Source: Gemmatimonadota bacterium
Lineage (GTDB): Bacteria; Gemmatimonadota; Gemmatimonadetes; Gemmatimonadales; GWC2-71-9
Direction of reading: 5' to 3'
NCBI GenBank assembly: GCA_039586365.1
Contig: JBDHKN010000073.1
Span: 1 to 48,615 of the forward strand
DNA length: 48,615 bases
Shown here one piece after another: positions 29,411 to 39,904 of the stretch. A program made the translations under genes and the position numbers. The notes beneath the pieces are model-generated. The model saw nothing but the letters and a program-made list of their open reading frames with translations, was not told the origin of the DNA and ran no database searches. Position 1 is the stretch's first letter, and each line of letters opens with the position of its first letter.

Positions 29411-31906
29411 ATGACCGGTCCCAATCGCGAACGTATTCTGAGTCGGCTGATAGAAGACGAATTGAAAGAGTCGTTCATCGACTACTCGATGAGCGTCATC
29501 GTGCAGCGTGCTCTGCCGGACGTCAAGGACGGCCTCAAGCCGGTACACCGGCGTATTCTCTACGCGATGAACGAGCTCGGACTGCAGCCCGGGCGGCCGT
29601 ACAAGAAGAGCGCGACTGTCGTGGGTGACGTGCTGGGCAAGTACCACCCGCACGGTGACATGGCGGTCTACGATGCGCTCGTGCGCATGGTGCAGGATTT
29701 CTCATTGCGGTATCCACTAGTGGACGGACAAGGGAACTTCGGTTCTGTCGACGGGGACAGTGCCGCGGCTTACCGGTACACCGAGGCGAGGCTGACTGCC
29801 ATCGCGGTTGCCATGTTGGAGGATATCGACAAGGAAACTGTCGATTTCACCCCCAACTTCGACGACCGGCTGCAGGAACCCACAACGCTCCCTTCCCGGC
29901 TTCCCAACCTGCTGATCAACGGCTCATCAGGCATAGCTGTGGGAATGGCCACCAACATCCCGCCGCACAACCTCGGGGAGGTTGCTAAAGCGATCAAGCA
30001 CTTGGTCGACAATCCCGATTGCACGATTGATGATCTGAGACGACACATTCGAGGGCCTGATTTCCCGACCGGCGGCTTCATTTATGGACGGGACGGGATC
30101 AAGGAATGCTATGCGACTGGTAGAGGCCGTATCGCCGTGCGTGCCCGCGCCCAAATCGAGGAGAAGGAATCGTCCGGCAAGGCTCAGATTGTCGTCACCG
30201 AGATACCCTTCCAGGTCAACAAGTCACGGTTGATTGAGCAGATCGCGGAACTGGTGCGCAACAAGAAGATCATCGGCGTGTCCGACTTGCGGGACGAGTC
30301 GGATCGCGACGGCATGCGGATCGTGATTGAGCTGAGGAGGGATGCGAATCCGTCGGTGCTTCTGAATCAGCTTTATAAACGCACTCAGATGCAGACCACC
30401 TTCGGCGCGATAATGCTGGCGCTGGTCGATGGTGTTCCCAAGGTATTGAACCTGAAGGAAATCCTGCAGCACTTCGTGGATCACCGTCACAGTGTGATCA
30501 CGCGGAGAACTCAGTTCGACCTAGATGGTGCCGCGGCCCGCGAGCACGTTCTTGAAGGTCTAAAGATAGCGGTGGACAACATTGACGAGGTGGTCAAGAT
30601 CATCCGTGGAGCCAAGGATGTACCGGCCGCTGATGCTGCGTTGCGTGAACGCTTTGATCTCACCGAGGCGCAGAGTGATGCCATACTGAACATGCGCCTC
30701 GCCAGACTGACATCCCTTGAGATCGGCAAGCTCGAAGAGGAACTCAAGGAGGTCAGGGCGCTGATCAGGAAGCTGAAAGCACTACTCGGGTCGAAGCCCC
30801 AACGCCTCAGCTTGTTAAAAGACGAGGTGGACGCCATCGTCAAGCGGTTCGGTGACCAGCGTAGGACAGAGATCGTGGCTGACCAAGGTGATTTCTCCGT
30901 CGAAGATTTAATTGCCGAAGAAGACATGGTGATCACGATCTCGCACTCCGGATACATAAAGCGCATTCCGGTGAGTACCTACCGCCGGCAGCGTCGCGGT
31001 GGCCGTGGCTTGAACGGAATGGGAACCAAGGACGATGACTGGGTAGAGCATCTATTCGTGGCGTCCACGCACGACTACGTTTTGTTCTTCACCCAGACCG
31101 GCCGCGTCCACTGGCTCAAGGTATACGACGTCCCTCAGGGAGGTCGTGCCGCAAGGGGAAAGCCGATCATCAACTTGGTGGGGATCCAGCCTAGTGAGCG
31201 GATCGCCGCATTCGTTGCGGTGCGAGAGTTCAGCGACTCACGGTATCTGATGTTCGCTACATCCGGTGGCACAGTGAAGAAGACGCGCCTCTCTGCCTAC
31301 GGCAACCCCCGCGCAACCGGGATCAACGCCATCAACGTGGAGGATGGTGACGAGCTAATAGAGGTCCGGCTCACCGATGGGTCGAATGATGTCGTGCTAG
31401 CCACGACTGAGGGCATGAGTATCCGGTTCGGGGAGAAAGACGTTCGCGAGATGGGCCGGACCGCCACGGGAGTCCGCGGAATCCAGCTCGGTCCAAACGA
31501 CCGGGTGATCTCCATGGTTGTGATTCGCCGTGATGCGACCTTACTGGTGGTGAGCGAAAAGGGATTGGGCAAACGGTCCGAGCTGAGTGACTATCGGGTC
31601 CAGAAGCGTGGCGGGAGAGGAATAATTACCCTCAAACGCACCGAACGAACTGGCCCTATCGTGGCTCTCAAGGAAGTCGTTCCCAACGACGAGTTGATGA
31701 TTGTGACCCGTAACGGTGTAATCATCCGAGTGCCGGTCGACGGCATAAGGGTGTCCGGTCGAAACACGCAAGGTGTGAGGGTGATGAATCTAGACCCCGG
31801 GGATACCGTGATGGACATCGCTCGGGTCGTGGAGGAGGACGATGAAGCCGAGACGGGCGCGCTGGATACTCCGGCCGGGGCCACGCTGGAAGAGGGTCAT
31901 GAGTAG
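29411..31906 (+). CDS. gyrA: DNA gyrase subunit A
   Basis: [23 protein letters not shown] (catalytic Tyr), GyrA-box QRRGGRG, C-terminal pinwheel repeats. Confidence 0.98.
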   Translation: MTGPNRERILSRLIEDELKESFIDYSMSVIVQRALPDVKDGLKPVHRRILYAMNELGLQPGRPYKKSATVVGDVLGKYHPHGDMAVYDALVRMVQDFSLRYPLVDGQGNFGSVDGDSAAAYRYTEARLTAIAVAMLEDIDKETVDFTPNFDDRLQEPTTLPSRLPNLLINGSSGIAVGMATNIPPHNLGEVAKAIKHLVDNPDCTIDDLRRHIRGPDFPTGGFIYGRDGIKECYATGRGRIAVRARAQIEEKESSGKAQIVVTEIPFQVNKSRLIEQIAELVRNKKIIGVSDLRDESDRDGMRIVIELRRDANPSVLLNQLYKRTQMQTTFGAIMLALVDGVPKVLNLKEILQHFVDHRHSVITRRTQFDLDGAAAREHVLEGLKIAVDNIDEVVKIIRGAKDVPAADAALRERFDLTEAQSDAILNMRLARLTSLEIGKLEEELKEVRALIRKLKALLGSKPQRLSLLKDEVDAIVKRFGDQRRTEIVADQGDFSVEDLIAEEDMVITISHSGYIKRIPVSTYRRQRRGGRGLNGMGTKDDDWVEHLFVASTHDYVLFFTQTGRVHWLKVYDVPQGGRAARGKPIINLVGIQPSERIAAFVAVREFSDSRYLMFATSGGTVKKTRLSAYGNPRATGINAINVEDGDELIEVRLTDGSNDVVLATTEGMSIRFGEKDVREMGRTATGVRGIQLGPNDRVISMVVIRRDATLLVVSEKGLGKRSELSDYRVQKRGGRGIITLKRTERTGPIVALKEVVPNDELMIVTRNGVIIRVPVDGIRVSGRNTQGVRVMNLDPGDTVMDIARVVEEDDEAETGALDTPAGATLEEGHE

Positions 31907-31912
31907 CATCAA

Positions 31913-32914
31913 ATGACAGCCAATCCACAAACAGTATCGCTGGTTACCTTAGAGACTATTCGCGAGGCTGCGGACGGGTTGCACGGGGTGGTGGAACGCA
32001 CGCCTCTCATTCACACCCCCGAGCTCGAGGCGATTGTGGGGGTTCCCGTGTATCTCAAGCTGGAGAACACCCATGCGACCGGGGCGTTCAAGCTGCGCGG
32101 TGCGTGGACTGCCATCCGTCGCCTGCCAGAAGAGCGACGCGTGAAGGGTGTGCTCACGTACTCCAGCGGTAATCACGGTCAGGCAGTGGCTTTTGCAGCA
32201 CAACGTGTTGGAGTTCGCGCCGTGATCGTGATGCCGGAGACGGGCCCGCCGGTGAAGGTTGCTGGGGTGAAGCGGTGGGGTGGTGAGGTGGTCTTTGCTG
32301 GTAGGACGTCAGAGGATCGCTTCAGGGTCGCGATGGAGATAGCTGAGACTGAGGAACTGACAGTGATCCCCCCGTTCGACCATCCTGATATTATCGCCGG
32401 TCAGGCGACGGCGGGATTGGAGATCGTGGAGCAATTGCCGGACGTAGCCCACGTCTTAGTGCCCGTGGGTGGTGGAGGCTTGGCTGCTGGTGTCACCACA
32501 GCTGTGAAGGCTCTGCGTCCGACGGTCCGCGTAACAGGAGTCGAGCCGAAAGGGTCGGCCTGCTTCAACGCCGCACTCGCTGCAGGCAGACCGGTGCGCA
32601 TGGAACGGACGAACAGCATTGCCGATGGACTTCTTCCGCTTTCGATCGGCACCCTTACCTTCACACATCTTGTCGGCCGCGCCGACGGCGTGACGGTATC
32701 CGACTGGGCGATCGCCGAAGCCACGATCTGGCTCCGAACCAAACAAGGGGTGATGGCCGAGCCTTCAGGTGGGGTAACCAGCGCTGCTCTCCGAGCTGGT
32801 GCCGTACAGCCGGAGGGACCGTGTGTTGTTGTGGTGAGCGGGGGCAATGCGGACGCGGAAGTGATCGGGTTACTGGAAGAGGTCATGCGAAAGTCCGGGC
32901 ATGACGACGACTGA
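31913..32914 (+). CDS. PLP-dependent threonine/serine dehydratase or racemase family, no regulatory domain
   Basis: KLEN..TGAFKLRGA, SSGNHGQ, VGGGGL, SGGN. Confidence 0.9.
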   Translation: MTANPQTVSLVTLETIREAADGLHGVVERTPLIHTPELEAIVGVPVYLKLENTHATGAFKLRGAWTAIRRLPEERRVKGVLTYSSGNHGQAVAFAAQRVGVRAVIVMPETGPPVKVAGVKRWGGEVVFAGRTSEDRFRVAMEIAETEELTVIPPFDHPDIIAGQATAGLEIVEQLPDVAHVLVPVGGGGLAAGVTTAVKALRPTVRVTGVEPKGSACFNAALAAGRPVRMERTNSIADGLLPLSIGTLTFTHLVGRADGVTVSDWAIAEATIWLRTKQGVMAEPSGGVTSAALRAGAVQPEGPCVVVVSGGNADAEVIGLLEEVMRKSGHDDD

Positions 32915-34379
32915 CCAGGTGAAGATACTGGTCGCTGACGACGACGAGGCTCTGCTCAACACGTTGGTGTGGATTCTCAAGGACAGAGGGTACGAGGTAG
33001 TCCCTGTCGCAGATGCGAGTAGTCTCATCAACCATCTGATTGACGAGCATCCGGACCTCCTCATGCTAGACATCATGATGCCGAAGGTCGACGGGCTGCA
33101 GATTCTCGAACAGATCAAGACCGACGAGCGGTGGCGTGATCTACCAGTTCTGATGGTTTCTTCTATGTCACCGGAAGAAGGTACAGTGAAGGCGCTGGGA
33201 CTCGGCGCTTCAGACTTCATTTCTAAGCCATTCAGGGTAAAGGAGCTCTTGGCGCGAGTCGACGCGCATCTGCGAACAGGGCGCGCGCTCCGCGAGGCGC
33301 GCCAAGAGGCACGGGATCGAGCAGCTGAGGCAAAGGCAAGGGCGGAGGAGGCGGCTATACGTGCCGAGATGGTCGATATCCTCCATGAGGTGACTGACGC
33401 CCTGAAAGCTGAAGAGATCTACCACATCCTGGCGCGTCGTGTTGCCCACGTTCTCAACATAGCGAAGTGTTCGCTTGTCATCCCTCGAGCTGACGGCAAG
33501 ATTGGACTGGTGGTGGTCACATCTGACAACCCAATGTTGCGCAACCTGGAGATCCAGCTGGATGGCTATCCGGAAATCAGGAAGGCGTTAGATACCAACC
33601 AGCCGGTTCTCGTGGCCGACGTGAGGACTGATCCGCTGTACGCCGAGGTCAGAGAAAGGTGGAGCAAGGAGGGCGTCAAAGTCGCAACGAAGTCAGTCAT
33701 AGCAATTCCATTCAGCCTGCACGGCGCCCAGTCAGGGGTTTTCTTCCTGCGCACTATCGATGAATCCACTCCACTAACGGTGCAGGATGTGGCCTTCGCG
33801 GAGCAGGTGGTCAAGACGGCTGTCAATGCGATTGAGAAAGCCTATCAGCTTGAGACCGTACAATCTGACCGGGAGCGCTACCGCTGGCTCGCCAGCATTG
33901 ATGCCCTGACCGGGTGCATGAATCGCCGGGCGTTTATGGAGAGGCTCGACCGGGAGCTCGATCGCGTGAGGCGTTACGGAACAAAACTGAGCGTCTTAAT
34001 GATCGACCTCGATCGGTTCAAGGACGTGAACGACAACAGAGGTCATTTGGTGGGTGACACTGTGCTACGGCAGCTGGGGGATATGTTGCGGCGGGAGGTC
34101 CGATCCGTTGACTTGGCAGCGCGATACGGCGGTGAGGAGTTCATCATAGTGTTGCCTGACACCACACCTGACGGAGCCATGATCTTTGCAGAACGCTTGC
34201 GAAAGCGGGTGCTGAGCAAGAACTTCGCAGAGTCGGGTGATCCACTCAACGTGACTGTCTCAATCGGAGTGGCGAGCGTGAGCGGAGAGAGTGGTGCAGT
34301 CGAACCTGAAATACTGATAGCTCGGGCTGATGAGGCGCTGTATCGGGCTAAGAACGATGGTCGGAATCGAGTGCGTTGA
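32901..34379 (+). CDS. Response-regulator diguanylate cyclase (REC-GAF-GGDEF)
   Basis: ADDD, LDIMMP and SKPF (receiver); GAF-like middle; DALTG, DLDRFKDVND, I-site RSVD, GGEEF. Confidence 0.93.
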   Translation: MTTTDQVKILVADDDEALLNTLVWILKDRGYEVVPVADASSLINHLIDEHPDLLMLDIMMPKVDGLQILEQIKTDERWRDLPVLMVSSMSPEEGTVKALGLGASDFISKPFRVKELLARVDAHLRTGRALREARQEARDRAAEAKARAEEAAIRAEMVDILHEVTDALKAEEIYHILARRVAHVLNIAKCSLVIPRADGKIGLVVVTSDNPMLRNLEIQLDGYPEIRKALDTNQPVLVADVRTDPLYAEVRERWSKEGVKVATKSVIAIPFSLHGAQSGVFFLRTIDESTPLTVQDVAFAEQVVKTAVNAIEKAYQLETVQSDRERYRWLASIDALTGCMNRRAFMERLDRELDRVRRYGTKLSVLMIDLDRFKDVNDNRGHLVGDTVLRQLGDMLRREVRSVDLAARYGGEEFIIVLPDTTPDGAMIFAERLRKRVLSKNFAESGDPLNVTVSIGVASVSGESGAVEPEILIARADEALYRAKNDGRNRVR

Positions 34380-35452
34380 TGAGTAGACGTTGCCCTAGGT
34401 GCAAGACTGTGTATCAAGGTGAAGCTCGTTTCTGCCCCAAGGACGGCAGTCCATTGGTGGATGTTGGGGGCAGTGGGGGAAGACCTGTGGCAGCACCACC
34501 TTCGGGTGGCGGCCAGACGATGGCACGGAAGGTTGTTCCCCGAGATGGTGCCGCGGTTGACCCCGCGGGCTCTCTGTCCCATCAAGTGCTAGATCACAGG
34601 TACAAGGTGGAACGCCTTCTCGGTGAGGGCGGCATGTCGTACGTCTACGAAGCGACCGACATGCACAGCGGCAAGAGCCTCGCAATTAAGGTCCTGAGTC
34701 CGAAGCTCAGCAAAGACGCAACGTCTGTCGAGCGGCTACGGAGAGAGGCAGGGCTGGCGATCCGGCTGGATCACCCCAACATCTGTCGCATCCTCAGGCT
34801 TGGCGAAACCGAGGACGGTCTCATCTACCTGGTCATGCCGTACTTGAAGGGAGAACTACTCTCCGACCGCGAGACCAGGACGGGACCGATGTCCGCAGAG
34901 TTGGGCGTCGAGTACTTGGCCCAGATTTGCTCGGGCCTTCACTTTGCTCATCGACAGAACATCATCCACCGAGATCTGAAACCAGAGAACATAATGATGG
35001 TACCGGGTATAGACGGTAGCGAAACGCCAGTCATCATGGATTTCGGGCTGGCCAAGCAGAATAGGGCCGATCCAAGTGTGGCGAAGCTTACAGCTACCGG
35101 GATCATCCTGGGCACACCGGAGTTCATGAGTCCAGAACAGATCCGCGGGCACCAAATCGACGCCCGCAGCGACGTGTACTCACTGGGGATTGTGGGCTAT
35201 GAGATGTTCACGGCACGGCTCCCGTTTGAGGGCCGATCACCTCAGGAGATGATGATAGCACGCTTGCGTGGCAAGGCGACGCCCCTGAGGAAGTACCGCA
35301 GTGACTTCCAACCTAGGCTTGAGGCGGCGCTCATGAAATCCATGGAATCTGATCCCCGAGACCGGTACCCGACGGCGTACGACTTCGGTCAGGGCCTTGT
35401 CGACGCGTTGGGGGGTGAAGCAGCAGAACGCCTCAGCAGGTTTCTCCGATAG
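34379..35452 (+). CDS. Cytoplasmic Hanks-type Ser/Thr protein kinase with N-terminal zinc-knuckle-like motif
   Basis: CPRC...CPKD; GEGGMSYVY, AIK, HRDLKPEN, DFG, SPEQ, SDVYSLG; no TM helix; TGATG overlap with the cyclase. Confidence 0.93.
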   Translation: MSRRCPRCKTVYQGEARFCPKDGSPLVDVGGSGGRPVAAPPSGGGQTMARKVVPRDGAAVDPAGSLSHQVLDHRYKVERLLGEGGMSYVYEATDMHSGKSLAIKVLSPKLSKDATSVERLRREAGLAIRLDHPNICRILRLGETEDGLIYLVMPYLKGELLSDRETRTGPMSAELGVEYLAQICSGLHFAHRQNIIHRDLKPENIMMVPGIDGSETPVIMDFGLAKQNRADPSVAKLTATGIILGTPEFMSPEQIRGHQIDARSDVYSLGIVGYEMFTARLPFEGRSPQEMMIARLRGKATPLRKYRSDFQPRLEAALMKSMESDPRDRYPTAYDFGQGLVDALGGEAAERLSRFLR

Positions 35453-35630
35453 AAGAGGACGACGCAGCTAGGCCGCCGCTGATGCGCTAGGTGGTCTGCC
35501 CGGCTTCTCAAATTGCCGTCTTCGACCGCTAGCGCAGGTTGGTAGCCTTTGGGGGGACGTTCGATGGGCCTCCTGTCGCATGCCGCATTATTCGAGATCA
35601 ACATCTCAGCTGTGGAGGAACGAGGCGCTC

Positions 35631-36722
35631 ATGAAGAGGTATCCCGCCTACGATCCGCCCGAGTATGTCAATTGGCGATCTGATCCGGCTCTGCTCGCCG
35701 AGTTTGCTGAGACGTGTCGCCGCGATCCTGTGCGGTGCGGCATAATCGATCGTCTGACTCGTGAAGGCAGACTTGATCTCTATGCTGGACTCCTCAGGAC
35801 ACGACTCCAAGACACAGCTCTCAAGAGATGGGTGCGGCAGGGAGTGCTCTCCAAGGCTTGGCTGGGGACGGGAGAGGAAGCAACCACCGTGGGGCCGGTT
35901 CATGCACTCAATCGGAGCGTTGATATAGTCGCGCCTATGATCCGGAATGCGGGCGCCTGCTGCGAAATGGGCATGCCCGTTGCCGACACACTCCGCAGCT
36001 ACCTTGGCACGTTGGACGCGCCCTCCAAGGGCCGGGATACTCACGTTGGTGACTTTTCACGCCGTGTGCTTCAACCGATCTCCAACATCGGGAACATGCC
36101 TGCTGTGACCGCGGGTGTCGCTCTGGGATTCAAGCTTCGCGGCGAACCAGGAGTGGCGTTGACATGGGTGGGAGATGGCTCGGTGAAGCACGGTGGCACA
36201 CACGAAGCCATAGGGTTTGCAGCAGCTCACCGACTGCCGGTGATATTCATCATCCAGAACAACCAGATTGCTCTCGGTACGGAAGTGAGAATTCACCACC
36301 CAGCTGGGCAGTTTGGAGCGTTGCACCAGGCGTATGGCGTCGGTGGTTGGTCGTTCGATGGCAACAACGTGCTCGATGCTTACGCCGCAACTAGAATAGC
36401 AGCGGATCGATGCCGTGATGGAGCGGGCCCGGTCCTTCTTGACGCTGAGACGTTCCGCATGGGCGGGCACGCGACGCACGATGAAGGAGAGGCGCGGTCC
36501 ATGATTGCCAGTGAGGTTTTCGAGCGTTGGGGCGCACGCGATCCAATCGGGCTCTATGAGGAATACCTCAAGAATGCTGGTGTGGGAGCAGGGGAACTTG
36601 AGTTGATCGAGGACAGGATTGTCACCGAGGTGGACCACGCGGCTGAGGTAGCTCTGCAGAGCAAACAAGAGAACATGCCCAGCGGAGCGACAGCTCTCCA
36701 GGAGGTGTATGCCAAGCCATAA
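35631..36722 (+). CDS. TPP-dependent 2-oxoacid dehydrogenase E1 alpha-like subunit
   Basis: GEEA, GDG...NN TPP motif, DGNN, RMGGHATHD, RDPI. Confidence 0.88.
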   Translation: MKRYPAYDPPEYVNWRSDPALLAEFAETCRRDPVRCGIIDRLTREGRLDLYAGLLRTRLQDTALKRWVRQGVLSKAWLGTGEEATTVGPVHALNRSVDIVAPMIRNAGACCEMGMPVADTLRSYLGTLDAPSKGRDTHVGDFSRRVLQPISNIGNMPAVTAGVALGFKLRGEPGVALTWVGDGSVKHGGTHEAIGFAAAHRLPVIFIIQNNQIALGTEVRIHHPAGQFGALHQAYGVGGWSFDGNNVLDAYAATRIAADRCRDGAGPVLLDAETFRMGGHATHDEGEARSMIASEVFERWGARDPIGLYEEYLKNAGVGAGELELIEDRIVTEVDHAAEVALQSKQENMPSGATALQEVYAKP

Positions 36723-36836
36723 TCGCCGGGTGGCCCGGTTTTCGTCTGGATGCAGGGATGGGGTATCAGTAAGCACCTAGTCGCAGGTGACCGTGCAGTC
36801 GTGCACCGTTTCGCTCTCTGTGCTGACTCCCCTCAG

Positions 36837-38207
36837 CTAGACTCCCAACAGGGCCCGTACCGCTCCTACCACAGACGGCACTGCGAAGATCAACACGACA
36901 AACAGGACGGGCGGTACCAAGAATCTGATGATGGTTGCCCAGGCCTTCCGCATGCTCACTGTTTCCATGCCCACGGCTAGTTCAGCCTCCGCCTGTGGTA
37001 GAGCATAGTAGCCCACGAGAATCGCTGTGAAGAGGCCGCCAAGCATCAGCATGAAGGTACCTACGAGCTTGTCCGCCATTGCTAGGAAGTTGAGGTTATA
37101 CGCGGATGGTAGTCCGGCGACTATGATCAGACTGCCAGACACGAGCGCCGCTCTGTGCCTCGTCCATCCCCAGCCGTCGATCGCCGCAGCTACGACTACT
37201 TCAAGAAGAGAGATCGCGGACGTGAGTGCCGCAAAAAACAGCATCACGAAGAATGCTGTGATTATGACATTGCCGACTGTGCCCAAGCTCTGCAGCGCCG
37301 GGGGAATGGCGATGAACAATGTGCCTACGGTATTGTCGGTGTTGAGCATGCCTCCCAATCCTATCGCCTCCCCCAAACCGAAGTGGAATATCATAGGAAA
37401 CACGACAAGTCCGGCCACGAAGGCTACTCCGAAGTCCGTGAGGGCGATTGTCACGGCTTCGCGGCCGAGGCTCTGCTTGCCCTGCAAGTAGGACGCATAT
37501 GTCATCATCGCACCCATACCCAGGCTCAGGGAGAAGAACGCCTGTCCTGCAGCATCGGTGATGATTTGCTTGTCTAGCAGTTCGCTGACCCGAGGTTTGA
37601 GATAGTACGCATATCCGGCGCCGCCGTCAGCGAGCGTAGCTGACCAAATAGCGAGTCCCACCAACAGCAAAAAGAGCAGAGGCATTAGGATGAGTGCGGC
37701 GCTCTCGAGCCCACGCTTCACGCCACGTATCACGATGAATATCGTAATTGCCATGAACACTATATGCGTCACAACAGCAGGCGTCCGGGTCCCCACTGCG
37801 TTGAAGTAGCCTGCCGTGTCTTGGGGAATGGCACCCCTGATTCCATCGACGGCAAACCGAATGGTCCAACCGGCGATCACCGAGTAGTACGAGAGAATTC
37901 CGAAACCGCAGAACACAAACAGCCAGCCCAGTGGTGCCCATCCTGAGCCGCCCAGTTTCGTCACGGCTTTTAGCGGGGACACTTGGGTCATACGGCCCAC
38001 GATCAACTCGGATGTCATGACCGGGATGCCGATCAATGCAACGAACACTAGGTAGAGCAGTACGAAAGCCGCTCCGCCCCCCTCTGCAGCGACATATGAG
38101 AACCGCCACATGTTCCCGAGCCCTACCGCCGAGCCGACTGCAGCCAGAATGAATCCGAGACGGGTTCCCCACGAACCACGTTGGGCAGAAGCTGTGGGCG
38201 ACTGCAT
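36837..38207 (-). CDS. NSS (SNF) family sodium-dependent transporter
   Basis: GSAVGLGNMWRF, GGAAF, SYYSVI, QAFFSLSLG, AALTSAIS. Start is ATG 38207 or GTG 38234. Confidence 0.95.
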   Translation of the reverse strand: MQSPTASAQRGSWGTRLGFILAAVGSAVGLGNMWRFSYVAAEGGGAAFVLLYLVFVALIGIPVMTSELIVGRMTQVSPLKAVTKLGGSGWAPLGWLFVFCGFGILSYYSVIAGWTIRFAVDGIRGAIPQDTAGYFNAVGTRTPAVVTHIVFMAITIFIVIRGVKRGLESAALILMPLLFLLLVGLAIWSATLADGGAGYAYYLKPRVSELLDKQIITDAAGQAFFSLSLGMGAMMTYASYLQGKQSLGREAVTIALTDFGVAFVAGLVVFPMIFHFGLGEAIGLGGMLNTDNTVGTLFIAIPPALQSLGTVGNVIITAFFVMLFFAALTSAISLLEVVVAAAIDGWGWTRHRAALVSGSLIIVAGLPSAYNLNFLAMADKLVGTFMLMLGGLFTAILVGYYALPQAEAELAVGMETVSMRKAWATIIRFLVPPVLFVVLIFAVPSVVGAVRALLGV

Positions 38208-38541
38208 AGTACTGTCTCCTGGTAATGGTGCCACTAGATTAAGCCATAAGCGACCAATGTCTAGACTCTCCTCGGTAGCCGTCGAAGGTGGTCACAAGAT
38301 GATTGCCATCGCACTGCTCTGACTGGTCCGGACTCAGGGTGGGCAAAGACCCCATCCATATGGCTCAGACCGTCCTGCATTACGATGTCAATCTGGCTAC
38401 ACGGCCTCTCAGGCTGGATCTTGACTACGGGTTGACCATCGATTCGATCATGCTCGGTGGGTGGGTTGGACTGCAGTGCGAGGACTGGTGGTGGCGGCGT
38501 GGTCGCCCACCCAATGGTTCGGCGATGCGGGGACTCAACAG

Positions 38542-39156
38542 CTACTTGGCCATGCTTATAGCTCCCCAGGCGGATTCCAGCACTTGCTCCGGTGCCGGAT
38601 GCTGAAGAGACCACTCTTGTGACGCAGTTCGCTCCAACACGAGAATCACCAACCGCAGCCAGACATCGGTCCATAGCTCGACCGAACCTGCTTTCACCTC
38701 ACCTGCTGATTTCCCCTCAGCGATTACCGACTCCAAGTCAGCGTGGAATCGTCGGTAGGATTCGCGACTCTTGTGGTCCAACAGCTGGCCGAAGTCCGTT
38801 CCAAAGAGGAACCCAACGAGTGGTGGGTTGTGGATGGCCACGACTCGCCACTCCGCTGCGATCTTCAACAGACGTTCCCGACAGTGGAGACTTACCGGGG
38901 CATCGTGAATAGGCTTCTCCAGCAGCCTCAGACCAGCTCGGTAGATCTCGTTGAGAAGATGAGCTTTGCTCTCGAAGTGCCGGTAGATCGTTCCCTCGGC
39001 AATACCGGCGCGGGCTGCGATCTGGGGAGTGGTGCTAGCGTGGTATCCCTGTGAAGTGAACAACTCGAGCGCGGCTCGAACAAGTCTGTCACGCGTACCT
39101 TTAGGATCACGCCGCCTGCGGGTCGGCACCGAACCGCTGAGAGGGTGAGTCATCAC
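38542..39156 (-). CDS. TetR/AcrR-family transcriptional regulator
   Basis: AALELF..GY, IAARAGIAEGTIYRHFESK. Confidence 0.93.
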   Translation of the reverse strand: MMTHPLSGSVPTRRRRDPKGTRDRLVRAALELFTSQGYHASTTPQIAARAGIAEGTIYRHFESKAHLLNEIYRAGLRLLEKPIHDAPVSLHCRERLLKIAAEWRVVAIHNPPLVGFLFGTDFGQLLDHKSRESYRRFHADLESVIAEGKSAGEVKAGSVELWTDVWLRLVILVLERTASQEWSLQHPAPEQVLESAWGAISMAK

Positions 39157-39190
39157 TCACAAGGGTACAACTGTGGACGGCGGTTGCCAA
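39145..39190 (-). promoter_or_regulatory. TetR gene promoter and palindromic operator overlapping its start
   Basis: TTGGCA-17 nt-TACCCT on the minus strand (39190-39162); inverted repeat GTGAGT-N4-ACTCAC (39145-39160). Confidence 0.6.
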
Positions 39191-39337
39191 GGAGGTGAGG
39201 GTGAGTGAGACAAGAGCGAGCTATGTTTCTGGAGTGTTCTGAGTATGGGTGCCGTGCGTCGATAGTCCATCGGCCAACCGGGCGCTGACGAATGGGCACG
39301 GCGGTAGCGCGAGGATTCTGGAGAACAGGGGGTACAG

Positions 39338-39874
39338 GTGAAGGTTCAGCGTGCGGTGGATTTCTGTAGGCTCTGGCAGGGCGCGATCCCCTACCCACAG
39401 TTTGTTGCTGAGGCCGACAAGCACCGGCCTCTCTGGGAAGGTGTTTATCGCACCAGCCGTATCCCTGAATGGGCTCTGCGACGGGCTTGTGAGAAGGCAA
39501 GGGGGATACGGTTGTTGGCCGTCGCCGAGAACTGGTGCGGCGACGCCAGCAGCACTATACCCGTGCTCGCCAAGCTAGGGGACCAGGCAGACTGCTTGGA
39601 GATGCGCTTGATCAAGAGAGACGAGCACCCTGAGGTGATGGACCATTATCTGACGAGTGGGGCTCGGTCGATCCCGATAGTGATCGCATTAGACGAGCAG
39701 TTTCAGGAATTGGGCCACTGGGGACCTCGACCATGCGAACTTCAGCATTGGGTTATGGAGAACAAGGATTGCATGCCACGAGGGGAGCGCTTCAGGCAGA
39801 TTCGCAAGTGGTACGCACGGGACAAGGGAGAGACGACCTTGAGAGAAGTGCTGGAGCTGGTAGAGCGGGCGTAG
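39338..39874 (+). CDS. Thioredoxin-like protein (WCGD type)
   Basis: AENWCGDA, ARSIP cis-Pro loop, WGPRP. Confidence 0.85.
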   Translation: MKVQRAVDFCRLWQGAIPYPQFVAEADKHRPLWEGVYRTSRIPEWALRRACEKARGIRLLAVAENWCGDASSTIPVLAKLGDQADCLEMRLIKRDEHPEVMDHYLTSGARSIPIVIALDEQFQELGHWGPRPCELQHWVMENKDCMPRGERFRQIRKWYARDKGETTLREVLELVERA

Positions 39875-39904
39875 GGTTTTGGGATTGCCTGGGATCTCTG
39901 TTCC

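Noticed and set aside
38261..38674. Short ORFs between the NSS and TetR genes
   Set aside because: They overlap TetR and lack an SD or any recognisable motif.
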